From the IMG/VR virus record IMGVR_UViG_3300045988_156245: a stretch of 64,000 nt of DNA; one strand, 5' to 3'. The translations under genes were made by a program, and so were the position numbers. The notes under the pieces are model-generated. The model saw only the letters and a program-made list of their open reading frames with translations, was not told where the DNA came from and did not search any database. Positions 46,303-53,803 of the stretch are shown one piece after another; position 1 is the stretch's first letter, and each line of letters starts with the position of its first letter. This stretch comes from a virus.

Positions 46303-46566
46303 ATGAATAAAATGAATTATTTACAATATAGCACAGCAATAGACGTAGTAGCAAATATGACAAATGTTGACAATGAAGTTGCAATTAAGACAGTTGGTGC
46401 ATTATGCCAAATTTTTGATTTGCAACCAGAAGAAAATCTTGATGATATTACTAAAGCATTAGTTGACTCATTAGAAAAAGCTGGTATTTTTACAGAAGAA
46501 GAAATTGAAATGGTTAAGAATGGCGAAACTAATGAAGAAATCATAGATAAAATAATGAATATGTAA
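46303..46566 (+). CDS. hypothetical acidic protein (87 aa)
   Basis: ATG 46303 after the agagg RBS. Confidence 0.55.
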   Translation: MNKMNYLQYSTAIDVVANMTNVDNEVAIKTVGALCQIFDLQPEENLDDITKALVDSLEKAGIFTEEEIEMVKNGETNEEIIDKIMNM

Positions 46567-46631
46567 TTTTATTATATATATCAAGAGTATGAAAAACTAA
46601 AGACAATAAAATATATGAAAGGAGTAAACCA

Positions 46632-46799
46632 ATGTCACAAAATCTTAATGAAATTGCGGCGATGGCACTCATTGGCGAATTTGTTTCCGTCAAAGAATTA
46701 CTCACCGCCGCAATGAAAGGTTTTGCAGAAGATGAAGATATTAAATCACAAGAAAATGCTGATTTATGTTTTAAGGCTTTGCAAACATTCCTAAAGTAA
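46632..46799 (+). CDS. small ORF (55 aa)
   Basis: aaaggag RBS 8 nt upstream; below the ORF-track length cutoff. Confidence 0.45.
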   Translation: MSQNLNEIAAMALIGEFVSVKELLTAAMKGFAEDEDIKSQENADLCFKALQTFLK

Positions 46800-46919
46800 T
46801 TAGGGAGCTACCGAAAATGGTCGTTGGTGGCTCGGTTCACTCCATAGCACCCATAAAGCAAGGTTTTTTAAATGAAAATTCAGAAATAAAGAAAAAATAA
46901 AGTTTCCTAAAATAAACAG

Positions 46920-46948
46920 TTGACACAGCCCCTTTTATATGATATAAT
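46920..46948 (+). promoter_or_regulatory. promoter
   Basis: TTGACA-N17-TGaTATAAT. Confidence 0.6.
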
Positions 46949-46979
46949 ATATGTATCAACAGAAAGAGAGGATATATAA

Positions 46980-47126
46980 ATGAAAAAAAGATTTACTTTA
47001 GTTATAAGAAATAAAAAATATAATATGATAGACCTTGATACACACGATTTATATATAGGACTTTGGCAGATATTCAAAGCCTTATGGAAAAATAGAAAAA
47101 ATTACACACTATATATAAATAAATAA
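46980..47126 (+). CDS. small basic ORF (48 aa)
   Basis: agagagg RBS; terminator 47141-47192 follows. Confidence 0.45.
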   Translation: MKKRFTLVIRNKKYNMIDLDTHDLYIGLWQIFKALWKNRKNYTLYINK

Positions 47127-47140
47127 AATAGACAAATCCC

Positions 47141-47192
47141 GATAGCAGAAACACCCTTTCCTTTTTTACCTTAAGTTTCTGCTATCTTTTTT
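47141..47192 (+). terminator. rho-independent terminator
   Basis: 12-bp stem gatagcagaaac/gtttctgctatc then tttttt. Confidence 0.65.
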
Positions 47193-47204
47193 ATAAAAAA
47201 ACTA

Positions 47205-47233
47205 TTGACAATCATTTAGTTTTGATGTATAAT
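47205..47233 (+). promoter_or_regulatory. promoter with conserved leader
   Basis: TTGACA-N17-TATAAT then atatacataagataaaggaaagg. Confidence 0.6.
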
Positions 47234-47267
47234 ATATACATAAGATAAAGGAAAGGAAGTAAATGAT

Positions 47268-47705
47268 ATGAGAAAAGTACTTGACAGACAAACTTATGTA
47301 AGAGCAATAGGAGAGAAAGAGTGGCACAGAACTTCAATTTTTAAACATTTATCCTATCAAGAGGAAAAAGAAATTACAATTAAAATAATACAGTATGATA
47401 ATTTTAAAGACACATTAAGATACGTAGAAACAGATGAAATTTATAATGCAGAAATTGATTATACTTTATTTAGAAATAAGCCTTATATTAATATTTATCA
47501 CGCACCTAAATATTCATTAATGGAACGCTCTTACTTCAAAATTACAGAAAAGAATTTTGTTCCTATAGAATTTAAAATTGAATATGAAGAGTGTGAAGAT
47601 ATAAGCCTAGATGCTCTTAAGAGATTACTTACTGCCAAAGAATATTGTGATTTTATAAATGATAATTTAGATACAAAAGTAAAAAATATGTTGTTGAGGG
47701 GTTGA
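47268..47705 (+). CDS. hypothetical protein (145 aa)
   Basis: ORF behind the conserved leader. Confidence 0.6.
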   Translation: MRKVLDRQTYVRAIGEKEWHRTSIFKHLSYQEEKEITIKIIQYDNFKDTLRYVETDEIYNAEIDYTLFRNKPYINIYHAPKYSLMERSYFKITEKNFVPIEFKIEYEECEDISLDALKRLLTAKEYCDFINDNLDTKVKNMLLRG

Positions 47706-47731
47706 CAAAAACCCCTCCCCTATGTTATAAT
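47702..47731 (+). promoter_or_regulatory. promoter of candidate small RNA
   Basis: TTGACA-N18-TGtTATAAT overlapping the stop codon of the 145-aa gene. Confidence 0.55.
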
Positions 47732-47737
47732 TAATAA

Positions 47738-47858
47738 TGGGAATGGAATTTGAATGTAGCAAAGAACAATCTGTTTTTAATTGGTCGGCTCGTGGACATT
47801 GCACCTTATTTCTGTCCACGAGCCGAATTGTGCGTCAGAGTGACGCTTGAAACGTTTT
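47738..47858 (+). ncRNA. candidate small RNA ending in GTGGACA hairpin copy 3
   Basis: no RBS; 14-bp stem tcggctcgtggaca/tgtccacgagccga (47785-47826, loop ttgcaccttatttc), second hairpin gcgtca-gag-tgacgc (47832-47846), U-run 47855-47858. Confidence 0.4.
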
Positions 47859-47953
47859 ATCTTAAAATAAATCAATTTGCTTGACCTTTTTTAATCCCGA
47901 AAAAGTGGTTAAAAATAATCAAGGATTTTGGTAAAAAAGGATAAAAAATATCA

Positions 47954-47981
47954 TTGTATTATTTTGTTATTTTGATATAAT
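47954..47981 (+). promoter_or_regulatory. promoter with conserved leader
   Basis: TTGTAT-N16-TGaTATAAT then agacacataagataaaggaaagagg. Confidence 0.5.
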
Positions 47982-48014
47982 AGACACATAAGATAAAGGA
48001 AAGAGGTAATTAAT

Positions 48015-48266
48015 ATGAGAGAAAAAAGATTAGCAGTAATGCACAATGTAGTAGTAGGATATGCAGATGATTATGCTTTAAATAATTGGTTGTCTGTAAT
48101 ACCAGATGGTGAAACTCCAGAATGTTTTGCAGAAATCGCCGCAGATGATGAACTATATCACGAGGCTTGGCAAGTGTTTAGTGAAATAATCAAGAGAGAT
48201 AGAACTGTAGCATTACAGTATATCGCAGAAATTGATAAAATGATTGAAGAAGATTATCAAATCTAA
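48015..48266 (+). CDS. hypothetical acidic protein (83 aa)
   Basis: ORF behind the conserved leader. Confidence 0.6.
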   Translation: MREKRLAVMHNVVVGYADDYALNNWLSVIPDGETPECFAEIAADDELYHEAWQVFSEIIKRDRTVALQYIAEIDKMIEEDYQI

Positions 48267-48325
48267 ATAAAAATAAAGGGTGCTATAAGCACCCTTTGAA
48301 ATCAAAAGAAAGAGAGGTAAATAAT

Positions 48326-48571
48326 ATGGAAGTAAATTGTAAGAATATACTAGAAAATAATGAAGATTTAACAATCCACGGAGAGGGACTAAATGACGGA
48401 GATACTTTTGCTTTTAAAGATGAGCCAACAACAATTTATATGATTGCAGATGGATTGTCTCAAATTTTTAATATTGAGACGGGCGAAACTTTTACATTAC
48501 AAAGAAAAGATTATGAAAAACCAATTAATATAGTATATGGTAAATTTCAAATTATATCAATACAAAGATAA
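48326..48571 (+). CDS. hypothetical protein (81 aa)
   Basis: ATG 48326 after the agagagg RBS. Confidence 0.55.
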   Translation: MEVNCKNILENNEDLTIHGEGLNDGDTFAFKDEPTTIYMIADGLSQIFNIETGETFTLQRKDYEKPINIVYGKFQIISIQR

Positions 48572-48583
48572 GGGGGCGATAAT

Positions 48584-48886
48584 ATGCTAAAAAAAGGTAC
48601 AAGAGTAAAAATAGCAGATAAACATTTAAAAAGTAATGGCAGATTAGGTACATTTGTAGGATTAAATTCACAAGATTATTATAAAATTTATCTTGATGAA
48701 CCCATTGGTAAAAATGTATATTTAGTTACATTAAGAGATATGGAATCATTTGAGATTGCGTGGGAAGAAATGGAGCCTGATGTAGTAAAAGCAGAATGTT
48801 TTGAATGGGTTAAAAATAGAGTATCAAGTTTAACCTCTCAACTAGACGCAGTAACTAAAGTTATAAAAAGGTGGAGTGATGAATAA
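48584..48886 (+). CDS. hypothetical protein (100 aa)
   Basis: gggggcg RBS-like sequence; KOW/SH3-like KKGTRVKI start. Confidence 0.55.
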   Translation: MLKKGTRVKIADKHLKSNGRLGTFVGLNSQDYYKIYLDEPIGKNVYLVTLRDMESFEIAWEEMEPDVVKAECFEWVKNRVSSLTSQLDAVTKVIKRWSDE

Positions 48887-48914
48887 TTAAATAATCAAAA
48901 GAAAGGATTTAAAA

Positions 48915-49122
48915 ATGAAAACAGTAGATTTATACAAAGAGATTCAGAATATAGCAGATAGACTTGAAGATATTAGGATGTTACTTTATAATAGTGCAGA
49001 ACATAGGGGGTAACTTTGAAGAAGATTTTCAAAATTTTGATGATGATATGTTTCGTTTGCAAAGTGAGTTAAGAAATTTAGTTTCTGATGAATTAGAACT
49101 TTATGATAATGAAGAAGATTAA
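48915..49122 (+). pseudogene. small acidic ORF interrupted at a G5 run
   Basis: the ATG 48915 frame stops at 49011-49013 right after ggggg (49006-49010); removing one G gives a continuous 68-codon ORF ending at 49122. Confidence 0.45.
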
Positions 49123-49136
49123 TAAAAAATCAATAG

Positions 49137-49167
49137 GCAAGTTGCACAAAATGTGACTTGCTTTTTT
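49137..49167 (+). terminator. terminator
   Basis: gcaagt/acttgc stem (loop carries a TTGCACAAA box) then tttttt. Confidence 0.5.
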
Positions 49168-49182
49168 GTGCAAAATTACTAC

Positions 49183-49211
49183 TTGACAAAGTGCGGCGGA
49201 TGTGCTATAAT
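49183..49211 (+). promoter_or_regulatory. promoter of candidate small RNA
   Basis: TTGACA-N17-TATAAT; the -10 context atgtgcTATAAT is identical to the promoter at 53770. Confidence 0.55.
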
Positions 49212-49217
49212 AAAATG

Positions 49218-49309
49218 GGACTCTATAGACTCATATATTTCAGATGTTTGTCGGCTCGTCGATGGTTGAGACGAGCCGAGTTGTCAAGCCGAACATACGT
49301 TCGGGTTTT
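49218..49309 (+). ncRNA. candidate small RNA with hairpin variant copy 4 and CCGAAC terminator
   Basis: 10-bp stem tcggctcgtc/gacgagccga (49251-49279), then ccgaac-atac-gttcgg plus tttt (49289-49309); no RBS. Confidence 0.4.
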
Positions 49310-49385
49310 AAATTGATTAAAATACATCAAGAACCTTGACTTATTTTATCCCATAAAAAACATCAAGTTGATTGATGTATTTTAA

Positions 49386-49640
49386 TCTAACAAAAGTTAG
49401 ACACAACTAATTCTAGTTAGGCTTGACTAACCCCAGTTAGCCTAAACTAACTAAAGTTAGTTACTATTAATTTAAGTTAGCTGTAACTAACTTTTGTTAG
49501 CCACCTCTCATTAAAGTTTTGTTAAACTAATTTTAGTTAGATTGCCCCTAATTCAAGTTAGTTATAACTAACGCAAGTTAGACTTCACAAATAAAAGTTA
49601 GTTAAAACTAACAGCAGTTAGATTAAACTATCGTCATTTT
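49386..49640. repeat. array 2: 13 phased 20-bp units with CTAAC-N4-GTTAG palindromes
   Basis: left arms at 49387, 49407, 49427, 49447, 49467, 49487, 49507, 49527, 49548, 49568, 49588, 49608, 49628; GTTAG arm nearly invariant; alternate units read aACTAAY. Confidence 0.9.
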
Positions 49641-49747
49641 GCACAAAATTTTCAATTGAAAAATTTTGTATGATTGCACAAAAAATAATATCCCCAACCC
49701 CGCATTTTTGTGCAATCTGCTAAAGTTAATTAAAATGATAACAAAGT

Positions 49748-49775
49748 ATTGTTTTTTGTAACGCATTTGATATAA
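49748..49775 (+). promoter_or_regulatory. promoter (weak -35, extended -10)
   Basis: TTGTTT-N16-TGaTATAAT; 75-nt leader with hairpin gtgctt/aagcac 49781-49800. Confidence 0.45.
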
Positions 49776-49849
49776 TAGACTTGTGCTTGATAAATAAAGC
49801 ACTTGAACATTTACAATTTAATATTTTAAGAGAAAGGTGGTAATATTTT

Positions 49850-50332
49850 ATGATTATCGAATTTGCAACTATTATCTTTTTTATTTGTAGTTTAATCAAT
49901 GTAATGTTATCTACATTAAAAACCATTTTAACAGTTAAAGCGTCAAAAGGTGTGGCAACCATTATTAATGCAATAACTTATGGCTTTTATGCTATTGTAG
50001 TAAAACAGTTAGCAAGTTTAGACTTAATAACTACTGTTACAGTTACTATTGTAACTAATATAATAGGGGTGTATGTTTCAATGTGGTTATTAGAAAAAAC
50101 AAAAAAAGATTGTTTATGGAAAATATCCGTTACTACTAAAGATAATACTTTAGTAGAAAAATTAGAAAAGTTTAGTATTTCTTATGTAATGAACCCAGTT
50201 CAGTATAAAAAACAAACTTATTATAATATTGATGTTTTTAGTGAAAATCAAAAGGATAGTTCTATTATTGAAAACATACTAAAAGAATATAAAGTAAAAT
50301 ACAATATTACAGAAATTAATAAAAAATTTTAA
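49850..50332 (+). CDS. UPF0316 (YebE-like, DUF5698/DUF2179) membrane protein
   Basis: 160 aa; 3 TM N-terminal half with LSTLKTILTVKASKGVATIINAITYGFYAIVV resembling B. subtilis YebE, small soluble C-terminal domain. Confidence 0.55.
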   Translation: MIIEFATIIFFICSLINVMLSTLKTILTVKASKGVATIINAITYGFYAIVVKQLASLDLITTVTVTIVTNIIGVYVSMWLLEKTKKDCLWKISVTTKDNTLVEKLEKFSISYVMNPVQYKKQTYYNIDVFSENQKDSSIIENILKEYKVKYNITEINKKF

Positions 50333-50349
50333 AAAAATTAAAAAAGTGC

Positions 50350-50378
50350 TTGCAATTCCTCGCAAGATATGATAATAT
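50350..50378 (+). promoter_or_regulatory. promoter (TTGCAATTCC class)
   Basis: TTGCAA-N17-TGaTAATAT; paralogous to 51466-51493, both followed by gtcaagRg...ttgcaacYcca. Confidence 0.5.
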
Positions 50379-50459
50379 TAATATTGTCAAGAGGCACAAG
50401 GGATTGCAACTCCACTTTTGACAATGTACATTTATAAATTAATAAAGAGAGGTAACAAA

Positions 50460-51437
50460 ATGAACAAGAAATTTTATTTAACAGTAGACACCGAAACGGC
50501 AACAATTCCATTTGCAAATCAGATTTGCAAAAATGCTAATCAAAAACAGAAAATTGCGATTGCTAAACCTTTAGTATATGATATTGGTTGGAGCATTACC
50601 GACAGACAAGGTAATATCGTAAAAACAGAAAACTTTTTAGTTCAGGAAACGTTCTTTGTTCCTAACGTTTTCAATACTGCTTATTACAGAGATAAAAGAC
50701 CTATTTATATGGAATTGTTAGAAAAAGGCGAGATTAAAGTTGATTGCTGGAATAACATTATGAAGTTATTCATCGCAGACCTTGAAAAAGTTGATATTTC
50801 AACTGCCTACAATGCGTGTTTTGATTTTAAAAAGGCAATACCATTTACTGAACGTTATATCAAGGCTTTATATTCAAGTGACTATCAAAAATGGGAAGAT
50901 AGACAAAAAAAGAGTTGTGAGGACATTCTTAATAATCGCAGTAATGCTAAAAATGAAGAATATCTAAATCCATATTTTGAATTAAGGGGCGTACAGTACC
51001 CTATAGCCGACTTATGGTGTATTGCTTGTGAACGTTTAATAAACATCAATAAATACAGAAACTTTTGTCTTGATAGAGGTTATGTAACAAACAGTGTAGT
51101 ATTTTTCAAATCATCAGCCGAAACATCATTTCAATATTTAATGAACAACTATGATTTTATCGAGGACCACACCGCATTATCGGACGCACTAATTGAAAGC
51201 CAGATTTTAACAAAAGCCTTGAAAAAGGGCAAAATTGAGCCTACATTATATGCGTTTCCGTTTAGGGATTTAGGTTCAACTATAGATTATGCAATAGACA
51301 CAAACCATAAATATATTGAGCCATTATACGAATTGTTATTAAAATATATTGAAAATAATGATGGTTTTGACAAAGGTGGGGCATATTGGAAGAAGATTAT
51401 GAAAGAACTTGAAAAACTTGAAAATGCAAACTTTTAA
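50460..51437 (+). CDS. DEDDh (DnaQ-like) 3'-5' exonuclease
   Basis: 325 aa from the ATG at 50460; ExoI LTVDTETA, ExoII YNACFDF, ExoIII HTALSDA. Confidence 0.7.
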   Translation: MNKKFYLTVDTETATIPFANQICKNANQKQKIAIAKPLVYDIGWSITDRQGNIVKTENFLVQETFFVPNVFNTAYYRDKRPIYMELLEKGEIKVDCWNNIMKLFIADLEKVDISTAYNACFDFKKAIPFTERYIKALYSSDYQKWEDRQKKSCEDILNNRSNAKNEEYLNPYFELRGVQYPIADLWCIACERLININKYRNFCLDRGYVTNSVVFFKSSAETSFQYLMNNYDFIEDHTALSDALIESQILTKALKKGKIEPTLYAFPFRDLGSTIDYAIDTNHKYIEPLYELLLKYIENNDGFDKGGAYWKKIMKELEKLENANF

Positions 51438-51465
51438 AAAAAATAAAAAAATTTAATAAAAAGGG

Positions 51466-51493
51466 TTGCAATTCCATTTCAAAGTGCTATAAT
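51466..51493 (+). promoter_or_regulatory. promoter (TTGCAATTCC class)
   Basis: TTGCAA-N16-TGcTATAAT. Confidence 0.5.
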
Positions 51494-51559
51494 AGATAGT
51501 GTCAAGGGAATGGAGTTGCAACCCACCAAATAAAAAATTAAGAAAAGAGGTAATGTATT

Positions 51560-51931
51560 ATGACAAACAAAAAAATGACAAAGAGAGATTATTTTAACGG
51601 ACTTTTAGGAGTGATTGAAAATCACAAAGATAGCATTGAGAATTATGAAGATTTTAAGGCTTTCATTGAAAGAGAGATTGAATTACTTAATAAGAAACGT
51701 AGCAATTCAAAACCAACAAAGACACAGATTGAAAATGAAAAAATCAAAGAAAAAATTCTTGAGGTTTTAACAGATGTAAATGAAGTTATGACAATTTCTG
51801 AATTAATGACTGCTGACGGTTTAGAAAATTATTCAAATCAGAAACTTTCAGTTTTATGTCATCAGTTAGTAAATGAGCATAAGGTAGTCAATACCAAAGT
51901 AAAAAAAGTTTCATATTTCAAAATTGCCTAA
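51560..51931 (+). CDS. hypothetical winged-helix-like protein, paralog A
   Basis: 123 aa; shares EIELLNKKRS..KPTKTQIENEKI...MTI.E(L/M)M....L..YSNQKLS.LC with 53238-53633. Confidence 0.6.
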   Translation: MTNKKMTKRDYFNGLLGVIENHKDSIENYEDFKAFIEREIELLNKKRSNSKPTKTQIENEKIKEKILEVLTDVNEVMTISELMTADGLENYSNQKLSVLCHQLVNEHKVVNTKVKKVSYFKIA

Positions 51932-51993
51932 AGGCTATGGGGATAGCCACAAAGGTTATCCCCTTAAAATCTTAAAAAAGGAGTTGATAAAAA

Positions 51994-52362
51994 ATGACTA
52001 AGGCAGAAGAAAAAGCCAAAGAAATTAAAGGTTTAATGGAACGTCATTCTTTAACATTGGAAGAAGCCACCCAACTATGGGAAGAAGATAATTCAGACTA
52101 CTGTAATGAAGAAATGGCAGAAATGGAGAATAAGGCTAAAGCCTTAAAACGCAGGTATGAGAAAGATTTAACAAAAAAACGCAAGCCTACCGAAAGGGAA
52201 CGCAAAGTTGATACAGAAAAACTTGAAATTTTAAATTTAATAGTTCCAACATTACAAACAATTAGTGACAATGTGGAACGCAAGAATGAAGTTGAGTTAC
52301 ATTTTACAAAAGGTGGTAATGATTACACGATTAAATTAATCAAACATCGTAAAAAGAAGTAA
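51994..52362 (+). CDS. hypothetical charged protein (122 aa)
   Basis: aaggag RBS; strong terminator follows. Confidence 0.6.
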   Translation: MTKAEEKAKEIKGLMERHSLTLEEATQLWEEDNSDYCNEEMAEMENKAKALKRRYEKDLTKKRKPTERERKVDTEKLEILNLIVPTLQTISDNVERKNEVELHFTKGGNDYTIKLIKHRKKK

Positions 52363-52372
52363 TGACAACGAG

Positions 52373-52413
52373 TGCAAGTAGTATTCAATACTACTTGCAT
52401 TTTTTATTTTTTT
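52373..52413 (+). terminator. strong rho-independent terminator
   Basis: tgcaagtagta/tactacttgca stem then tttttattttttt. Confidence 0.75.
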
Positions 52414-52580
52414 CAATGTTACATATTGTATGAGTGCGGGGGAGCCGGTATTAGTGACTTTTACCTAAATACAATATGTGATATGTCACGTACTATGTTA
52501 CATATTATAATATGTGATATATCACACGCAAGGTCACATATTACAATATGTGATATGTTACATACAATATGTGACCTTAA
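52405..52580. repeat. cluster of ATATGTGAT / ATCACAT direct and inverted repeats with 7-bp phasing
   Basis: acaatatgtgatatgt(c/t)ac at 52471, 52543, partial 52564; tgtgatatatcaca palindrome 52513-52526; tcacatatt-ac-aatatgtga palindrome 52534-52553. Confidence 0.8.
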
Positions 52581-52590
52581 CAGGACTCAT

Positions 52591-52617
52591 CGCAGCGTTT
52601 CCGGTTGAAACGCTGCG
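52591..52617. other. GC-rich 10-bp hairpin
   Basis: cgcagcgttt/aaacgctgcg, loop ccggttg; lies at the 5' end of the transcript predicted from the antisense promoter 52635-52663. Confidence 0.6.
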
Positions 52618-52634
52618 TGTTTGGGTAATATTTT

Positions 52635-52663
52635 ATTATACCACTTTTTCACTCCGATGTCAA
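52635..52663 (-). promoter_or_regulatory. antisense consensus promoter d
   Basis: reverse complement TTGACA-tcggagtgaaaaagtgg-TATAAT (N17, TGn). Confidence 0.6.
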
Positions 52664-52712
52664 TAGTAATTTTGCACAAAAATTTTTTCCCAAAATTGTG
52701 AAATTTTACTAA

Positions 52713-52741
52713 TTGTAATTATTAAAATATTATGCTATACT
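52713..52741 (+). promoter_or_regulatory. promoter
   Basis: TTGTAA-N17-TGcTATACT; leader atacatagataagagatagag plus hairpin 52767-52805. Confidence 0.5.
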
Positions 52742-52834
52742 ATATACATAGATAAGAGATAGAGTTCTTTACAAGGGCTTAACAAAGGGTTAGGTTCTTG
52801 TAAAGGTCTATCGCCAAAGAAAGGAGATATTAAT

Positions 52835-52936
52835 ATGTGGAATAAAGAAAAACATTGGAAGCACGACGTATTAAAATTGCATAGAAAATATGAAAAAGAA
52901 AGAAAAAAAGTGCTTGACAAAAAAGTAAATAAGTAG
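52835..52936 (+). CDS. small basic ORF (33 aa)
   Basis: aaaggag RBS; the next promoter is embedded in its 3' end. Confidence 0.35.
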   Translation: MWNKEKHWKHDVLKLHRKYEKERKKVLDKKVNK

Positions 52937-52942
52937 TATAAT
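52914..52942 (+). promoter_or_regulatory. promoter
   Basis: TTGACA-N17-TATAAT. Confidence 0.6.
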
Positions 52943-52976
52943 GATTATATCAAAAGAAAGAGAGGAGGATAAAAAA

Positions 52977-53114
52977 ATGTATTTTGAAGTAAAAGAAAAT
53001 GAGAATGAACCTGTATATTTAACAAAAGTAAGTCTATACCATGGGGTGATAATGCTATTATGTAACTATGATTTTTATAAATTTGTCCCATGGTGGCGTG
53101 TTAAAAAAGTATAA
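52977..53114 (+). CDS. small ORF (45 aa)
   Basis: agaggagg RBS 7 nt upstream. Confidence 0.45.
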   Translation: MYFEVKENENEPVYLTKVSLYHGVIMLLCNYDFYKFVPWWRVKKV

Positions 53115-53174
53115 TAAATAAGAAAGTAGGTGTTATTATGAGAAGTCCACCAAAATAAAAAAATAAAAAAACTA

Positions 53175-53203
53175 TTGACAAAATAAAATAAAAATGATAT
53201 ACT
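53175..53203 (+). promoter_or_regulatory. promoter
   Basis: TTGACA-N17-TGaTATACT. Confidence 0.6.
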
Positions 53204-53237
53204 AAAAAAGTAATAAATAAGAAAGAGGTGTTTTAAT

Positions 53238-53633
53238 ATGGAAAAGATGATAAAGAGAACTAAAAGAGCAATGTATGAAGAAATTATGAAAATGGTAGAG
53301 GGCAAAGAAAGAGTTGCAACCGAAGAAGAAATTATTGCTTTCTGCGAACACGAAATTGAACTCTTAAACAATAAGAGAAGTGGCTCAGGTAAACCAACAA
53401 AGACACAGATTGAAAATGAGAAAATTATGGAAACTATCTATTCAGTTCTTGAAAATGCGGGTGTCGGAATGACAATTACAGAAATGATGAAAACTGATGA
53501 ATTAAATGCTTATTCAAATCAGAAATTATCTGCTCTTTGCAAGAAAATGTATGAAAATGAGAAAATTCAGAAGAAAATCATCAAGAAAAAGTCATTTTTC
53601 GCTGTAAAAGGTGTAGAAATCACTGAAAAGTAG
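53238..53633 (+). CDS. hypothetical winged-helix-like protein, paralog B
   Basis: 131 aa; paralog of 51560-51931. Confidence 0.6.
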   Translation: MEKMIKRTKRAMYEEIMKMVEGKERVATEEEIIAFCEHEIELLNNKRSGSGKPTKTQIENEKIMETIYSVLENAGVGMTITEMMKTDELNAYSNQKLSALCKKMYENEKIQKKIIKKKSFFAVKGVEITEK

Positions 53634-53769
53634 TATAAAAGGGCGAAAAGGGGGCAACATCCTCCCCTTTTTGCCCAAATTGTTTAAAAAATATAAAAAA
53701 ATTAGTAGAAATGCACAAAAATTGTTAAAAAAATACAGTTTTTGTGTATTTTTTTGTGAAAATTTACTA

Positions 53770-53798
53770 TTGACAAATAGTAACAAATGTGCTATAAT
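53770..53798 (+). promoter_or_regulatory. promoter of candidate GC-rich RNA
   Basis: TTGACA-N17-TATAAT (atgtgcTATAAT). Confidence 0.6.
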
Positions 53799-53803
53799 TG
53801 TCG

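Noticed and set aside
49215-49316. Leaderless mini-ORFs starting ATGGGA right after the promoters at 47702 and 49183 (37 and 33 codons)
   Set aside because: The reading frames run straight through the conserved GC hairpins, giving unrelated Arg/Ser-rich peptides in the two copies. What is conserved is the RNA structure, not the peptide. In the second copy the ATG is only 4 nt from the -10.
52372-52608. 78-aa plus-strand ORF
   Set aside because: It starts inside a terminator hairpin and translates the ATATGTGAT repeat cluster into a low-complexity ICD/MLH pattern. There is no RBS.
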